64,000 bases of DNA from Candidatus Omnitrophota bacterium (GCA_016212005.1 JACRHP010000053.1:2402-66401); one strand, 5' to 3'. Shown: positions 26,895 to 36,657, counted from the first letter of the stretch. The notes: generated by a model from the letters alone, not told the origin. Made by a program: numbers and translations.

Positions 26895-27737
26895 ATGCAT
26901 CTTTTGACGATCAGCGATAAGGAATTTCACGCCCTGCAGGAGATCATGTACAGGGTTTCGGGGGTCAGGCTGTTACCCACCAAGAAAGCTTTGATGGTCG
27001 CCCGTTTGCGCAAAAGGCTCAAGGAGCTCGGGCTTGGGTCTTTCGAGGAATACCTGGAGCTTATCCGCCAGCCCGCCAGCGGGGAACTGGAACTTTTCGT
27101 TAACGCGATCACGACGAATGAAACCTTTTTTTACCGTCACCCGGAACAGTTTTATTTTCTAATGAATAAGATTTTCCCTTACTGTCTGGAAAGGAAGAAA
27201 AACGACGCGTCGCCGGAATTGAGGGTCTGGTCGGCGGCCTGCGCCACGGGGGAGGAGCCATATTCCCTGGCGATCGCCTGCCAGGAATTCTTCAAGATGC
27301 ATCCGAAATGGAATATTATCATTTACGCCACCGATATCAACAGCGCCGTCCTGGATTTTGCCAAAGAGGCGGTTTACGCAGAACGCAGCATGGTCGGTTT
27401 GTCCCCCTATTTGAGGGGGGAATATTTTGAACGTCTGGCAGAGGAACCGGATTACAAAAGAGGCCGGTTCCGGCTGCGCAAAGAAAAGATCCCGCCGGTC
27501 ACCTTTTTGCACCATAATTTGCTTAATCCATTCCCGTATCTGGGCATGGACATTATTTTCCTGCGCAATGTCATGATCTATTACGACAAACCGGCGAAAC
27601 AGAAGGTGACCAGTCTGGTCGAGAAAAACCTGGTTCCCGGAGGGTTTCTTTTGATAAGCATGACGGAAACCCTGCAGGATATCCATACGAATCTGCGATA
27701 CATTCAAAGCGGCAGCGGCGTTTATCAAAAAGGATAA
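26895..27737 (+). CDS. cheR: Chemotaxis protein methyltransferase CheR
   Basis: ITTNETFFYRH, VWSAACATGEEPYSLA and IFLRNVMIYYD motifs. Confidence 0.9.
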   Translation: MHLLTISDKEFHALQEIMYRVSGVRLLPTKKALMVARLRKRLKELGLGSFEEYLELIRQPASGELELFVNAITTNETFFYRHPEQFYFLMNKIFPYCLERKKNDASPELRVWSAACATGEEPYSLAIACQEFFKMHPKWNIIIYATDINSAVLDFAKEAVYAERSMVGLSPYLRGEYFERLAEEPDYKRGRFRLRKEKIPPVTFLHHNLLNPFPYLGMDIIFLRNVMIYYDKPAKQKVTSLVEKNLVPGGFLLISMTETLQDIHTNLRYIQSGSGVYQKG

Positions 27738-27742
27738 GGGGA

Positions 27743-30445
27743 ATGGCATCCGACAAGCGGCAGGGAACGGTTAAAGAATTTCTCCAGGAAGCCGGCGACG
27801 CCATCAAAGGGCTTGGGCAGAAACTGCTGCAGGTCAAGATAAGCCTGCGCGAGGACCTGAGGATCACCGGTGAGGACCTCAGGGAACTGATCGAGGCCGC
27901 GGAAGTCATCGCCGCGGCCGCTTCTTCCAAGGGGATGAACAAAACACTCCGGTTGAGCCGGCAGCTCGCGGCATTTTTTACTTGTCTGAAAGAAAAACAG
28001 CCTCATTTCGACGCAAAGACATCGGTGTTGGCCAGCGTCGCCTTTGAGGCGTTACGCGCGCTCGTTAAAGACCTGCAGGGAAAAGGGAAGGAGCTCGTGG
28101 ATGTCACGGAGGCGGAAGAAAGTATAAAAGATTTTCTGCGCTCGCAAGGGGTCGCGGCCGAGGCCCCTGAAGGAAAGCCCTCCCTTAAAGGTCCTTCTCC
28201 AGGCGTGGAGATCGATGAGAAATATCTGGATATTTTCCTGGAGGATACAGAACAAAATATCGAACATTTTAACCAGGACCTCGTATCCCTGGAAAAAAAA
28301 CCGGCCGACCCGGAATTGATTAACAACCTTTTCAGGGTTATCCACACCATTAAAGGCTCCTCCGGTATGGTGCATGTGGCCAATGTGCATGAGGTGGCCC
28401 ATGCCATGGAGAGTATTCTCGCCCTCGCCAGGGAAAAGAAGGCGGCGTTTTCCGACATGTTCCCTTTGCTTTTTAGCGGCATCGATACCATCGGTGGCCT
28501 AGTCCTGTCGTTGCGGAGCAAGGAAGTTTCCAGGGCGGATATCGCGCCCTTGGTTGAGAGATTGAAGACCTACGCCCGGGAGCATTCCTCGCAGGAAAAG
28601 ACTGACAGGCGGGTCTCTGCGCCACTGGACTCCGGGGGAGATATAATGGGGAGAGCGGTCGTTTCCAGAGACGCCAGGGAACTGCTGGCGCGCGCCATCG
28701 CCCAGAAGAACGATGTTTACCGGATCGCCGTTTTCCTCGAGGAAAACGTCCCATTAAAGAGCATGAAGGCGTTGTTGATCGAAGAACGGCTCAAGAGCAA
28801 GGGGACGGTTATCCTGATGCACCCCGCCCCCGATGACATCGATGAACTCCACCGGGGCCCCGTTACCATCGGCATCCTTTTCAGCACCGTCGTCAAGGCG
28901 CAAGAAATAACTTCCCTGTTATCCGTAAGCGAAGTGAAAGTGACGGGGGTCGAACCGCTCAAGACCGGAGTTATACGGGAATTGCTGGAGAAACATCCGG
29001 ATTTTGTCGCCTTGCAACAGGGGCGCGAGAAGACCCCGCAGAAAAAAGAGCCGTCTTCGCAGCCCCAGGGCGTTTTGTCCCAGACGGTCTCCATCCGTAT
29101 CGACGCGCATAAACTCGATACTCTGATGAACCTTTCCGGTGAGCTGGTGACTGTCCGCGCCCAGTTTGAGCGTCTGGTTAATCTTCTGCACGGGGAGATA
29201 TTGTCCCACAGGGAATTCCTGCGTACGCTGGGCGCGGTCAAATCAAATTTTACCGTCTTGAGACGGGACCTTTTTCCCATCCTGGAAAAACGTGAAGGGC
29301 TGGAGGGCAACCGTATTTTAAGGCAGCTTGATTTTTTGAATACCCGTCTGGAGGAAGTGGCGCAAGGGACGGAACAGAGCAACCTGGGCAACGAGATCCA
29401 TCTTATTGACGAGACCACGGGGATGCTGGGGAAGATCGCTTCCTATATCCAGGCCGCCGTGATGCAGGCGCGCATGGTGCCTATCAAAGGGGTCTTCAGC
29501 CGTTTTAACCGTATCGTGCGGGACATCGCCAAAGACCTCGGGAAAGACGTCGCTTTAATCCTGGAGGGGGAAGAAACCGATCTGGACAAAAATCTCGTCG
29601 ACGCCCTGGGGGAACCTTTGATCCATCTGGTCCGCAACGCCATCGATCACGGCCTTGAAGACGGGCCGACACGTAAAAAAGCGGGGAAACCGGAACGCGG
29701 CACCGTCGCCCTCAAGGCGTTTCACGAGGGGAATAACGTCTGCGTCCAGATCAGCGACGACGGCCGTGGCGTTGATGGAGACATGCTGGTTTATACCGCG
29801 CTTAAAAAGAAACTGATCGGTGAAGAACAGGCCGGGCGGTTGAGCGAACGCGAGAAACTGGACTTGATGTTTCTTCCGGGGTTCAGCACCGCAGCCCGCG
29901 TTACGGGGCTCTCGGGCCGGGGGGTCGGTATGGACGCCGTGCGCAGCATGATCACCTCCCTGAACGGGGCTATCGATATCAAGTCCCAGGTCGGCCAGGG
30001 GACAACTTTTATTTTAAAGATCCCTCTTACCCTGGCTATCATCCAGGCGTTATTGGTCGCTATTGACGGAGAGACCTATGCCGTACCCCTGGAAGCCGTC
30101 ACGGAAATCATCAAGGTCACGGGTGAGATGATCCAGCCGGTCGATGGGAACGCCACGGTACGGCTGCGGGAAGAAGTTTTGAGCTTGATCGAATTAAGGG
30201 ATGTGATCCTCACCCGCGGGACACGGCGTCCCGAGGACGGAATCAAGAGGGTCGTCGTCATATCCGATGGGGAAAGTGAGGTCGGCATTTTCGTCGACAG
30301 GATGATCGGGGAAACGGAGATCGTCATCAAAGCCCTGTCGCATCATTTTTTTCATGTCAAGGGGATCTCGGGGGTCACGATCCTGGGGGATGGCCAGGTG
30401 GCCTTGATCCTGGATCCGAAACTGATTATTATGGCGTCAAGGTAA
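27743..30445 (+). CDS. cheA: Chemotaxis histidine kinase CheA (long N-terminal extension)
   Basis: Hpt His box FRVIHTIKGSSGM, HATPase boxes HLVRNAIDHG, DDGRGV and GRGVGMDAV, and a C-terminal CheW-like domain. About 170 aa precede the Hpt box. Confidence 0.9.
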   Translation: MASDKRQGTVKEFLQEAGDAIKGLGQKLLQVKISLREDLRITGEDLRELIEAAEVIAAAASSKGMNKTLRLSRQLAAFFTCLKEKQPHFDAKTSVLASVAFEALRALVKDLQGKGKELVDVTEAEESIKDFLRSQGVAAEAPEGKPSLKGPSPGVEIDEKYLDIFLEDTEQNIEHFNQDLVSLEKKPADPELINNLFRVIHTIKGSSGMVHVANVHEVAHAMESILALAREKKAAFSDMFPLLFSGIDTIGGLVLSLRSKEVSRADIAPLVERLKTYAREHSSQEKTDRRVSAPLDSGGDIMGRAVVSRDARELLARAIAQKNDVYRIAVFLEENVPLKSMKALLIEERLKSKGTVILMHPAPDDIDELHRGPVTIGILFSTVVKAQEITSLLSVSEVKVTGVEPLKTGVIRELLEKHPDFVALQQGREKTPQKKEPSSQPQGVLSQTVSIRIDAHKLDTLMNLSGELVTVRAQFERLVNLLHGEILSHREFLRTLGAVKSNFTVLRRDLFPILEKREGLEGNRILRQLDFLNTRLEEVAQGTEQSNLGNEIHLIDETTGMLGKIASYIQAAVMQARMVPIKGVFSRFNRIVRDIAKDLGKDVALILEGEETDLDKNLVDALGEPLIHLVRNAIDHGLEDGPTRKKAGKPERGTVALKAFHEGNNVCVQISDDGRGVDGDMLVYTALKKKLIGEEQAGRLSEREKLDLMFLPGFSTAARVTGLSGRGVGMDAVRSMITSLNGAIDIKSQVGQGTTFILKIPLTLAIIQALLVAIDGETYAVPLEAVTEIIKVTGEMIQPVDGNATVRLREEVLSLIELRDVILTRGTRRPEDGIKRVVVISDGESEVGIFVDRMIGETEIVIKALSHHFFHVKGISGVTILGDGQVALILDPKLIIMASR

Positions 30446-30452
30446 AAGATTT

Positions 30453-30938
30453 ATGCCTATTGAAAACAAAGTCCTGGTCGGAGTCGGGGATATCAAGATC
30501 GACAAGGCCCCCGCGGTCCTTAGTACTTTTCTTGGGTCCTGTGTCGCCGTTTGCCTGTATTCCCCTTCCCGTAAAGTAGGCGGTATGGTCCATTACCTGT
30601 TGCCCAAGGCGAAGGAGATGCAAGAAGGAAAAATCCCTAAAAAAGAGAAGTACGCGGACACGGGGATCCCGGAATTGTTGCGCCGGTTAAAAAATGTTTT
30701 TAATATAGAAAAAGACGATTTTGTTGCTAAAATATTCGGTGGAGCTAATGTCCTCAGGATGGTCAACCGCCGTGTCGGCGAGGAGAATGTGGCAGCGGCC
30801 CGAGCCATACTCAGGGAACTGAAAATTGTGGTCGTCAGTGCCAGCACGGGCGGAGAAAAGGGATATAAACTCGATTTCAACCTGGCTACAGGCAAGGTAT
30901 CCTGCCAGATTTTTAACGAGGAAATCAAGGAGTATTAA
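30453..30938 (+). CDS. cheD: Chemoreceptor glutamine deamidase CheD
   Basis: LGSCVAVCLY catalytic Cys region, AKIFGGANV and GGEKGYKLDFNLATGKV. Confidence 0.85.
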   Translation: MPIENKVLVGVGDIKIDKAPAVLSTFLGSCVAVCLYSPSRKVGGMVHYLLPKAKEMQEGKIPKKEKYADTGIPELLRRLKNVFNIEKDDFVAKIFGGANVLRMVNRRVGEENVAAARAILRELKIVVVSASTGGEKGYKLDFNLATGKVSCQIFNEEIKEY

Positions 30939-30943
30939 AGCAT

Positions 30944-31567
30944 ATGCAAACGCCAGGTTTCCGGCCGGAAAAGGCCGTTGAATTGATCGCCCAGTTAAGC
31001 ATTGACCGCGCCTCCCAGCTTTTGTCCAAACTGGTCAAGACGGGGGCCAGGATCTCCCTGGAGAAGGCGTACGTCACCGACCTTTCCGAAACGACGGCGC
31101 GCATCAACGGGGAAGAGGTGCAGGGTGAGGTGATCGGCGCGATCATCGATGTCACGGGGGATGCGCCGTTCAAGTTTTTATTCTACGCGGAGGCTTCCAG
31201 CTGCCTTCTTTTGACGGACCTTATCCTTCAACGGAAAGTAGGCACGGCGAAGGAATGTGATATTTATGTCCAAAGCAGCGTCCAGGAGATCGGGAACATC
31301 CTGGCCAGCGGCGTGTGCGGTGTTTTCGCGGCGGACTTCGATATCCGGATGAGGCCCACACCGCCCAAAGTGGTCCATGACTTCTTGGGCACGGTATTCC
31401 AGGAGTTCGTCATGGAGACGGCCGCGGAAACCGACCAGGTATTGATCATCGAGAGCCGGTTCCATCTCGATCGTTACAACCTTTCCTGCAACATGTTCAT
31501 TCTGCCATTGCCGGGGACCGAAGAGGTCATCAACAATATTTGCAAGACCAAATTTAAAGGAGAATAG
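30944..31567 (+). CDS. CheC/CheX family CheY-P phosphatase-like protein
   Basis: Size and position after cheD fit the family. One clear ExxN-type motif (VQEIGNILASG). The first CheC repeat motif is not evident. Confidence 0.6.
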   Translation: MQTPGFRPEKAVELIAQLSIDRASQLLSKLVKTGARISLEKAYVTDLSETTARINGEEVQGEVIGAIIDVTGDAPFKFLFYAEASSCLLLTDLILQRKVGTAKECDIYVQSSVQEIGNILASGVCGVFAADFDIRMRPTPPKVVHDFLGTVFQEFVMETAAETDQVLIIESRFHLDRYNLSCNMFILPLPGTEEVINNICKTKFKGE

Positions 31568-31571
31568 CGCC

Positions 31572-31940
31572 ATGGCCCATAGAATATTGATCGTGGACGA
31601 CGCACCAATCATCCGTTTGATGCTCAAGGATATTTTGACGGTCAACGGTTATTCGGTGATCGGGGAGGGGAATGACGGCAATGAAGGCATCGAAAAATTC
31701 AAGGAGTTGTCCCCCGACCTTGTGACCATGGATATTACCATGCCGGAGAAAGACGGTATCCGGGCCTTGCAGGATATCCTTGCCATCGACCAGAACGCGA
31801 AAGTCATCGTCATCACGGCCATCGACCAGAGAGACTCTTTGATGGAAGCGATCCGGGCCGGCGCGACGGATTACATCATCAAGCCCTTCGAAACAGACCG
31901 CGTTCTCTCTGCCGTACGGCGCGCCTTCGGCGAAGAATAG
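31572..31940 (+). CDS. cheY: Chemotaxis response regulator CheY
   Basis: Stand-alone 122-aa receiver domain: ILIVDDAPIIR, LVTMDITMPEKDG, VIVITA and IIKPF. Confidence 0.85.
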   Translation: MAHRILIVDDAPIIRLMLKDILTVNGYSVIGEGNDGNEGIEKFKELSPDLVTMDITMPEKDGIRALQDILAIDQNAKVIVITAIDQRDSLMEAIRAGATDYIIKPFETDRVLSAVRRAFGEE

Positions 31941-31981
31941 AAGGCATTCCGCTTCCTATCAATAATCTTAATAATCCCGGA

Positions 31982-33799
31982 TTATTCCAACACACAATCA
32001 GTCGGGGCGGGCTTTTCCATGAGCGCCTTGGTGGCGTCATTTTCCTGCAGGTGGCGGATGATGCCGTCGGCTCCGACGCGCCGGTGAAACGTGCCAAGAC
32101 CTTCGTTGGCCTGGCGGTTTTGTTTGTAGAATTTTAATAGCGTATCGATGACAACAGGCACTTGTTCGCGCGGCACGGAGCGCAAATACATTTTCTCACC
32201 GTCGGAGGGAATAAGGGGTTTCCCCTGGAAGCGGCCGGTCTCATCACCGAATAATTTAAACTGATAGCGGTCCATGCCGGAACCCACGAGGCCGATCGTC
32301 TTTGTCGCCGGACGAAAGCACTGGCGTTCACAGCCGGTGATGCCGATCGATTCCTTCATATCTCCCCAGCCAAGTTTTTCCAGATCATCGATCAAAAAGG
32401 GTTCGAACTTTTCCGAGTCGGTGTATGTCAGGCGGCAGGTGTCGCGGCCCACGCACGCGCCGGAATGAAGCCGCAACTCGGAATAAGCATTACCGTTACG
32501 CGCGCCGTAGCCGTATTTTTTAAGTTCAGCTTCGAAATCTTTCATCGAGGCCTTGGGGATGTTGGTAAAAAGAACGTCCTGGTTGGGCGTGATCATGAAT
32601 TCAACCCGGTATTTATTCATGATATCGCGCACCATGGATTTTAATCGGCCGTTGGGGCTGTTATCCGCAAGCCGCCCGTTCTCGATGAAGACACCATAAG
32701 CGAGAAGACCATTCGATGGTTGTTCCTGCCAGCCGAAATGAAGATGTCGATTCCCGTAATCGTGCGTGGGTTCTGGCAGAGGAAGTTTGAATCCGACCTG
32801 CGCGCTGACTTTGTCACGGAAGGCGTCAACACCATCTTTGAGGATGACATATTTTAAGCGCGCCCAGAAACGGTTCTGGCGGTCGCCGTATTTTTGGTGG
32901 ACGGCCACGACACCATCGAGGACCTTCATCAATTGATCCTCGGAGACAATGGTCAAGGGTTTGCCCAGTGTCGCGGTCGATGGTTTGCCGTTACGTTCGC
33001 CCTGGCCGCCGCCGACGTATATCTGGAACGCGCTGACCTCGCCGTTGGCGATGACCGGCGCCACGGACATATCGTGCGTGAGCAGTTCCACGCAGTTGTC
33101 CGGAACAAGTTTTCCTGTTTTGGCGTCGCGGTGGAGGGTGGAGAAGGCGATCTTAAATTTGCGGTTCAATAAATTGGGGCCGTAAGCGAACGATTCGCCG
33201 GGTTTACGCAAATATTTCGGGTCGATCGCGAAGATCTCGATAAAAGGTTCCACCGGCAGACGGAAATATTCCGCCGTTTTATGGGCCCAGGCGCGGGCGT
33301 TGAAGAGATCGGAATAATGCGACAGCGGACAGGCCATCACGTTACGCGTGTTGTCGCCGCAGCCGTTAAGCGAATACAGTCCTTTTTCGGCGAGGCCTTT
33401 GACGATGGGAATAACACCGGGTTTTTTGACCCAGTGGAACTGGATATTCTGGCGGTTGGTCAGGCGCAACGACGTGTGTCCCTGCGGGTCAATCGTGTAT
33501 TTTTCGGAAAGTTCGTCCACGACACGCCATTGTTCGCGGGTGATCGGCCCTCCGCCGGGGACGCCGATACGGATCAGGTACATCCACTCTTTGGGGTCGC
33601 CGGTGGCCGCGCGGTTGAATTCCAGATAGATGCCGTGCGATTTCGCCAGCGCTTCGGCTTCCCAGGCGATATCCGGCGCGTCGTTGCGGAATTCCTGGGC
33701 GAGGTTGCCGCGGATGCCGTTGGAGGCGAGTTTGTTGAGCTCTTCCTTGGACAGGTCCTGCTGGGGTGTATTGAAATTGGGTGAAAATGGTTTTTTCAT
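31982..33799 (-). CDS. Sulfite/nitrite reductase family hemoprotein (siroheme-[4Fe-4S] type)
   Basis: Cluster cysteines fit the CxxxxxC...CxxxC spacing: CVGRDTC ... TGCERQC. A pseudo-repeat half-domain carries CGDNTRNVMACP. Start set at ATG 33799; the 70-codon N-terminal extension runs through a palindromic repeat and is rejected. Confidence 0.8.
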   Translation of the reverse strand: MKKPFSPNFNTPQQDLSKEELNKLASNGIRGNLAQEFRNDAPDIAWEAEALAKSHGIYLEFNRAATGDPKEWMYLIRIGVPGGGPITREQWRVVDELSEKYTIDPQGHTSLRLTNRQNIQFHWVKKPGVIPIVKGLAEKGLYSLNGCGDNTRNVMACPLSHYSDLFNARAWAHKTAEYFRLPVEPFIEIFAIDPKYLRKPGESFAYGPNLLNRKFKIAFSTLHRDAKTGKLVPDNCVELLTHDMSVAPVIANGEVSAFQIYVGGGQGERNGKPSTATLGKPLTIVSEDQLMKVLDGVVAVHQKYGDRQNRFWARLKYVILKDGVDAFRDKVSAQVGFKLPLPEPTHDYGNRHLHFGWQEQPSNGLLAYGVFIENGRLADNSPNGRLKSMVRDIMNKYRVEFMITPNQDVLFTNIPKASMKDFEAELKKYGYGARNGNAYSELRLHSGACVGRDTCRLTYTDSEKFEPFLIDDLEKLGWGDMKESIGITGCERQCFRPATKTIGLVGSGMDRYQFKLFGDETGRFQGKPLIPSDGEKMYLRSVPREQVPVVIDTLLKFYKQNRQANEGLGTFHRRVGADGIIRHLQENDATKALMEKPAPTDCVLE

Positions 33800-33843
33800 T
33801 TTATTTAATATTACCGTAGCATGAATGAAAGTCAAACGATTTT

Positions 33844-33916
33844 CGTGTCTAGTATCTCGTCGTTCGTACTCGTAGAGGATTAATCCGAGATACGAGGTGC
33901 GAGATACGAGATACGG
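33844..33916. repeat. Intergenic modular palindrome, CGAGATA heptamer type
   Basis: Left arm is cgtgtct-agtatctcgt-cgttcgtactcgta. Loop is gaggattaatc. Right arm is cgagatacgag-gtgcgagatacgagatacgg. Lies between divergent genes. Confidence 0.75.
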
Positions 33917-33967
33917 CCACAATTTTCCCTTGCCTGCTTTCCGGCCTTTCGTTATACTTTCTTTGTC

Positions 33968-34879
33968 ATGGACTTCACGCAAGAACAATTGAAGCGTTAT
34001 AGCCGCCATATCCTTTTGCCGGACGTCGGCCGGGAAGGCCAGGAGAAGATCCGCCAGGGCAAGGTGCTTATTATCGGGATCGGCGGGCTGGGTTCGCCGG
34101 CGGCGCTTTATCTGGCCGCCGCGGGAGTGGGCACCCTCGGCCTCGTGGACGGGGACGCGGTTGAACTAAGCAACCTGCAGCGGCAGGTCATCCATTTTAC
34201 GCCGGACCTCAAGAAACCCAAGGTCGTTTCCGCTAAAGAAAAGATCGCGGCCATGAACCCGGACGTGGCAGTGGTCACGTATCCGGAGAAAGTAACGGCC
34301 GCCAATATCCTGCGGATCATCAGTGATCGCGACTACGATTTTATTATCGACGGCACGGACAATTTTCCGGCGAAATTTCTTATCAACGACGCTTGCGTGC
34401 TGGCCCAGAAGCCATTTTCGCACGGCGGCATCTTGCGCTTTGAAGGCCAGACCATGACCTATGTCCCGGGGCATGCCTGTTACCGGTGCCTTTTTGATGC
34501 CCCCCCGCCGTTAAACGCGGTCCCTTCCTGCGCCGAGGCGGGGGTTTTAGGCGCGGTCGCCGGAATGCTGGGGACCATCCAGGCGACCGAGGCCCTGAAA
34601 TATCTGATCGCCAAAGGCGAACTCCTTGCCGACCGGCTTTTGATCTTTAACGCGCTGAACATGTATTTCCGCACCGTTACTTTGAAACGCAATCCCGCGT
34701 GCCCCGTCTGTGGCGACAATCCCACGATCACCAAACCTTTTGATGAAAAACAGAAGTTTTGTGAGGTGAAAAAGCAAGCGTTGCTCTACCAGAATCCCAA
34801 GGATTTGGCCAGTGTCAAGCGGGGATTAAAGGATGCCGCGCAAGGTAAAACGTTCGATTTTGATCCGGACAAGGAATAA
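33968..34879 (+). CDS. moeB: ThiF/MoeB/HesA family E1-like adenylyltransferase
   Basis: YSRHILLPDVGREGQEKI, VLIIGIGGLGSPAALYLAAAGVG, and CYRC...CPVC zinc motifs. A ~55-aa C-terminal tail has no rhodanese domain. Confidence 0.8.
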   Translation: MDFTQEQLKRYSRHILLPDVGREGQEKIRQGKVLIIGIGGLGSPAALYLAAAGVGTLGLVDGDAVELSNLQRQVIHFTPDLKKPKVVSAKEKIAAMNPDVAVVTYPEKVTAANILRIISDRDYDFIIDGTDNFPAKFLINDACVLAQKPFSHGGILRFEGQTMTYVPGHACYRCLFDAPPPLNAVPSCAEAGVLGAVAGMLGTIQATEALKYLIAKGELLADRLLIFNALNMYFRTVTLKRNPACPVCGDNPTITKPFDEKQKFCEVKKQALLYQNPKDLASVKRGLKDAAQGKTFDFDPDKE

Positions 34880-34912
34880 GGAGGATGTCCTTAAGCAAAG
34901 GGAGAACGAATA

Positions 34913-35302
34913 ATGTCAGAAGCGAAAAATGTTTTAGGCACAAAATTGCAACCCTGTTGCAAATTCCCGATGACGGGGTTTTACCGTGACGGGTACTGCC
35001 ACACGGGCCCTGAAGATGTTGGACAGCACACCGTGTGCATCCGGGCGACGGAGGAATTCCTGGAATTTTCCAGGGAAGCGGGCAATGACCTTTCTACACC
35101 CAGACCTGATCTGGATTTCCCGGGGTTGATCGCCGGCGACCAGTGGTGTCTGTGCGCCCCGCGCTGGCAGGAGGCGTTTGAGGCCGATGCCGCCCCGCAG
35201 GTCATTTTATCCGCGACGGAGGAGTCCGCGCTGGAAGTAATTAACCTGGAGGACTTGAAAAAACACGCGGCCGATGAAAAGCAGCAGGTTTGGCTGGACT
35301 AA
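34913..35302 (+). CDS. DUF2237 family protein
   Basis: NVLGTKLQPCC..PMTGFYRDGYCHTGPEDVGQHTVC matches my recollection of the DUF2237 N-terminal signature. Confidence 0.65.
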   Translation: MSEAKNVLGTKLQPCCKFPMTGFYRDGYCHTGPEDVGQHTVCIRATEEFLEFSREAGNDLSTPRPDLDFPGLIAGDQWCLCAPRWQEAFEADAAPQVILSATEESALEVINLEDLKKHAADEKQQVWLD

Positions 35303-35303
35303 C

Positions 35304-35378
35304 AAAGTCACAAGGTCGCAAAGTCACAACGTCACCTGAAAATTTATATGTGATGTGGTAACGGGTGACCTGGTGACC
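35304..35378. repeat. Intergenic modular palindrome, GTCAC type
   Basis: Left arm is aaagtcac-aaggtcgc-aaagtcac-aacgtcacc. Loop is tgaaaatttata. Right arm is tgtgatg-tggtaac-gggtgacc-tggtgacc. Starts 2 nt after the stop codon. Confidence 0.8.
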
Positions 35379-35404
35379 AAATGCTAGATGAAAGGGAAAA
35401 TGCT

Positions 35405-36199
35405 ATGCGTAAGATTGTGATGTTCGCAGGGATATTGATGGTTTCGCTATGCGCTTCTTCGGCGTTTGCCGCGGTGCAGGGTAAAGAAGTTGATTACAGC
35501 GCGCAGGGTGTGACGCTCAAAGGTTATCTCGCGTATGACGACGCGGTTCAAGGCAAGCGGCCGGGGATACTGGTCGTCCACGAATGGTGGGGGCACAACG
35601 AGTACGCCCGCAAACGCGCCCGGATGCTGGCGGAACTCGGTTACACGGCGCTTGCCGTTGATATGTATGGCGACGGTAAACAAGCCAGCCACCCGGATGA
35701 CGCGGGCAAGTTCGCCGGTGAAGTTTCACAAAATATACCGGTCGCCAGAGCGAGGTTTCTGGCGGCGCTCAATTTTTTGAAAAGCGATCCGACCGTGGCC
35801 GCGGATAAAATCGCCGCCATCGGCTATTGTTTTGGCGGAGGGGTCGTCCTGAACATGGCGCGTATGGGTGTAGATTTGAAAGGGGTGGTCAGTTTCCACG
35901 GGAGTTTGGGCGCCGCAAACCCCGCCTGGCCCGGAGCAGGTAAGACGCGCATTCTGGTCTGTCACGGCGCGGCGGATCAATTTGTCACGCCCCAGCAGAT
36001 CGACGATTTTAAGAAAGAAATGGAATCCGCCGGCGTCGATTACAAATTTATCGCTTACGAAGGAGCGATGCACGCTTTCACCAATCCCGACGCTGACCGT
36101 TACGCCAGGGAATTCGGCCTGCCTTTGGCGTATCATCAGCAGGCGGACCAGCGATCCTGGAGCGATATGCGGACATTTTTTATCCGCATTTTCCAATAG
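35405..36199 (+). CDS. Dienelactone hydrolase family protein (secreted)
   Basis: Signal peptide MRKIVMFAGILMVSLCASSAFA. GILVVHEWWG, GYCFGG (nucleophile elbow) and HGAADQFV motifs. Confidence 0.8.
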   Translation: MRKIVMFAGILMVSLCASSAFAAVQGKEVDYSAQGVTLKGYLAYDDAVQGKRPGILVVHEWWGHNEYARKRARMLAELGYTALAVDMYGDGKQASHPDDAGKFAGEVSQNIPVARARFLAALNFLKSDPTVAADKIAAIGYCFGGGVVLNMARMGVDLKGVVSFHGSLGAANPAWPGAGKTRILVCHGAADQFVTPQQIDDFKKEMESAGVDYKFIAYEGAMHAFTNPDADRYAREFGLPLAYHQQADQRSWSDMRTFFIRIFQ

Positions 36200-36251
36200 C
36201 AAAATTCGGGGCCAGGATTTGTTTTAGCAAAAATATTAGCAAAAATATTAT

Positions 36252-36280
36252 TTGACAAATAAGGTAAATTCAGGCATATT
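36252..36280 (+). promoter_or_regulatory. Putative sigma70-type promoter of cspA
   Basis: TTGACA (36252-36257), a 17-nt spacer, then CATATT (36275-36280). It is preceded by the duplicated gcaaaaatatta A/T tract. This would give a ~170-nt 5' UTR, as is common for cold-shock genes. Confidence 0.35.
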
Positions 36281-36456
36281 TATTAACGTCAGATTGCAGT
36301 AAATAAACAGGGTGAAGAATCATAAGACCGCAAAGTTGGAGATTGTCAACCTTGCGGTTTTTGTTTTTGTGCCCGAGCACTCCGACGCCACGATGTATGG
36401 CCAGGATTCACCGTTATTTACGCAATACTAGCTTGAATGAAAGGAGGTTGTGCATT

Positions 36457-36657
36457 ATGGCTAAAGGAACTGTAAAGTGGTTCAACAACCAAAAGGGTTA
36501 TGGATTCATTTCCACCGACTCCGGCAAGGATGTCTTCGTGCATCACACCGCGATCCAGGGGAATGGATACAAAACGTTGGAGGAAGGTCAAACGGTCGAA
36601 TTTGAAATAACGACCGGCCCGAAAGGCGACCAGGCTGTCAACGTTGTGAAAGCATAA
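36457..36657 (+). CDS. cspA: Cold-shock protein (CspA family)
   Basis: [18 protein letters not shown] (RNP1) and VFVHHTAI (RNP2). 66 aa, with an AGGAGG RBS. Confidence 0.95.
   Translation: MAKGTVKWFNNQKGYGFISTDSGKDVFVHHTAIQGNGYKTLEEGQTVEFEITTGPKGDQAVNVVKA

Noticed and set aside
33800-34009. 70-codon N-terminal extension of the sulfite-reductase-like ORF
   Set aside because: The extension reads through the CGAGATA palindrome and overlaps the divergent moeB start. A good ATG (33799) begins the conserved protein.
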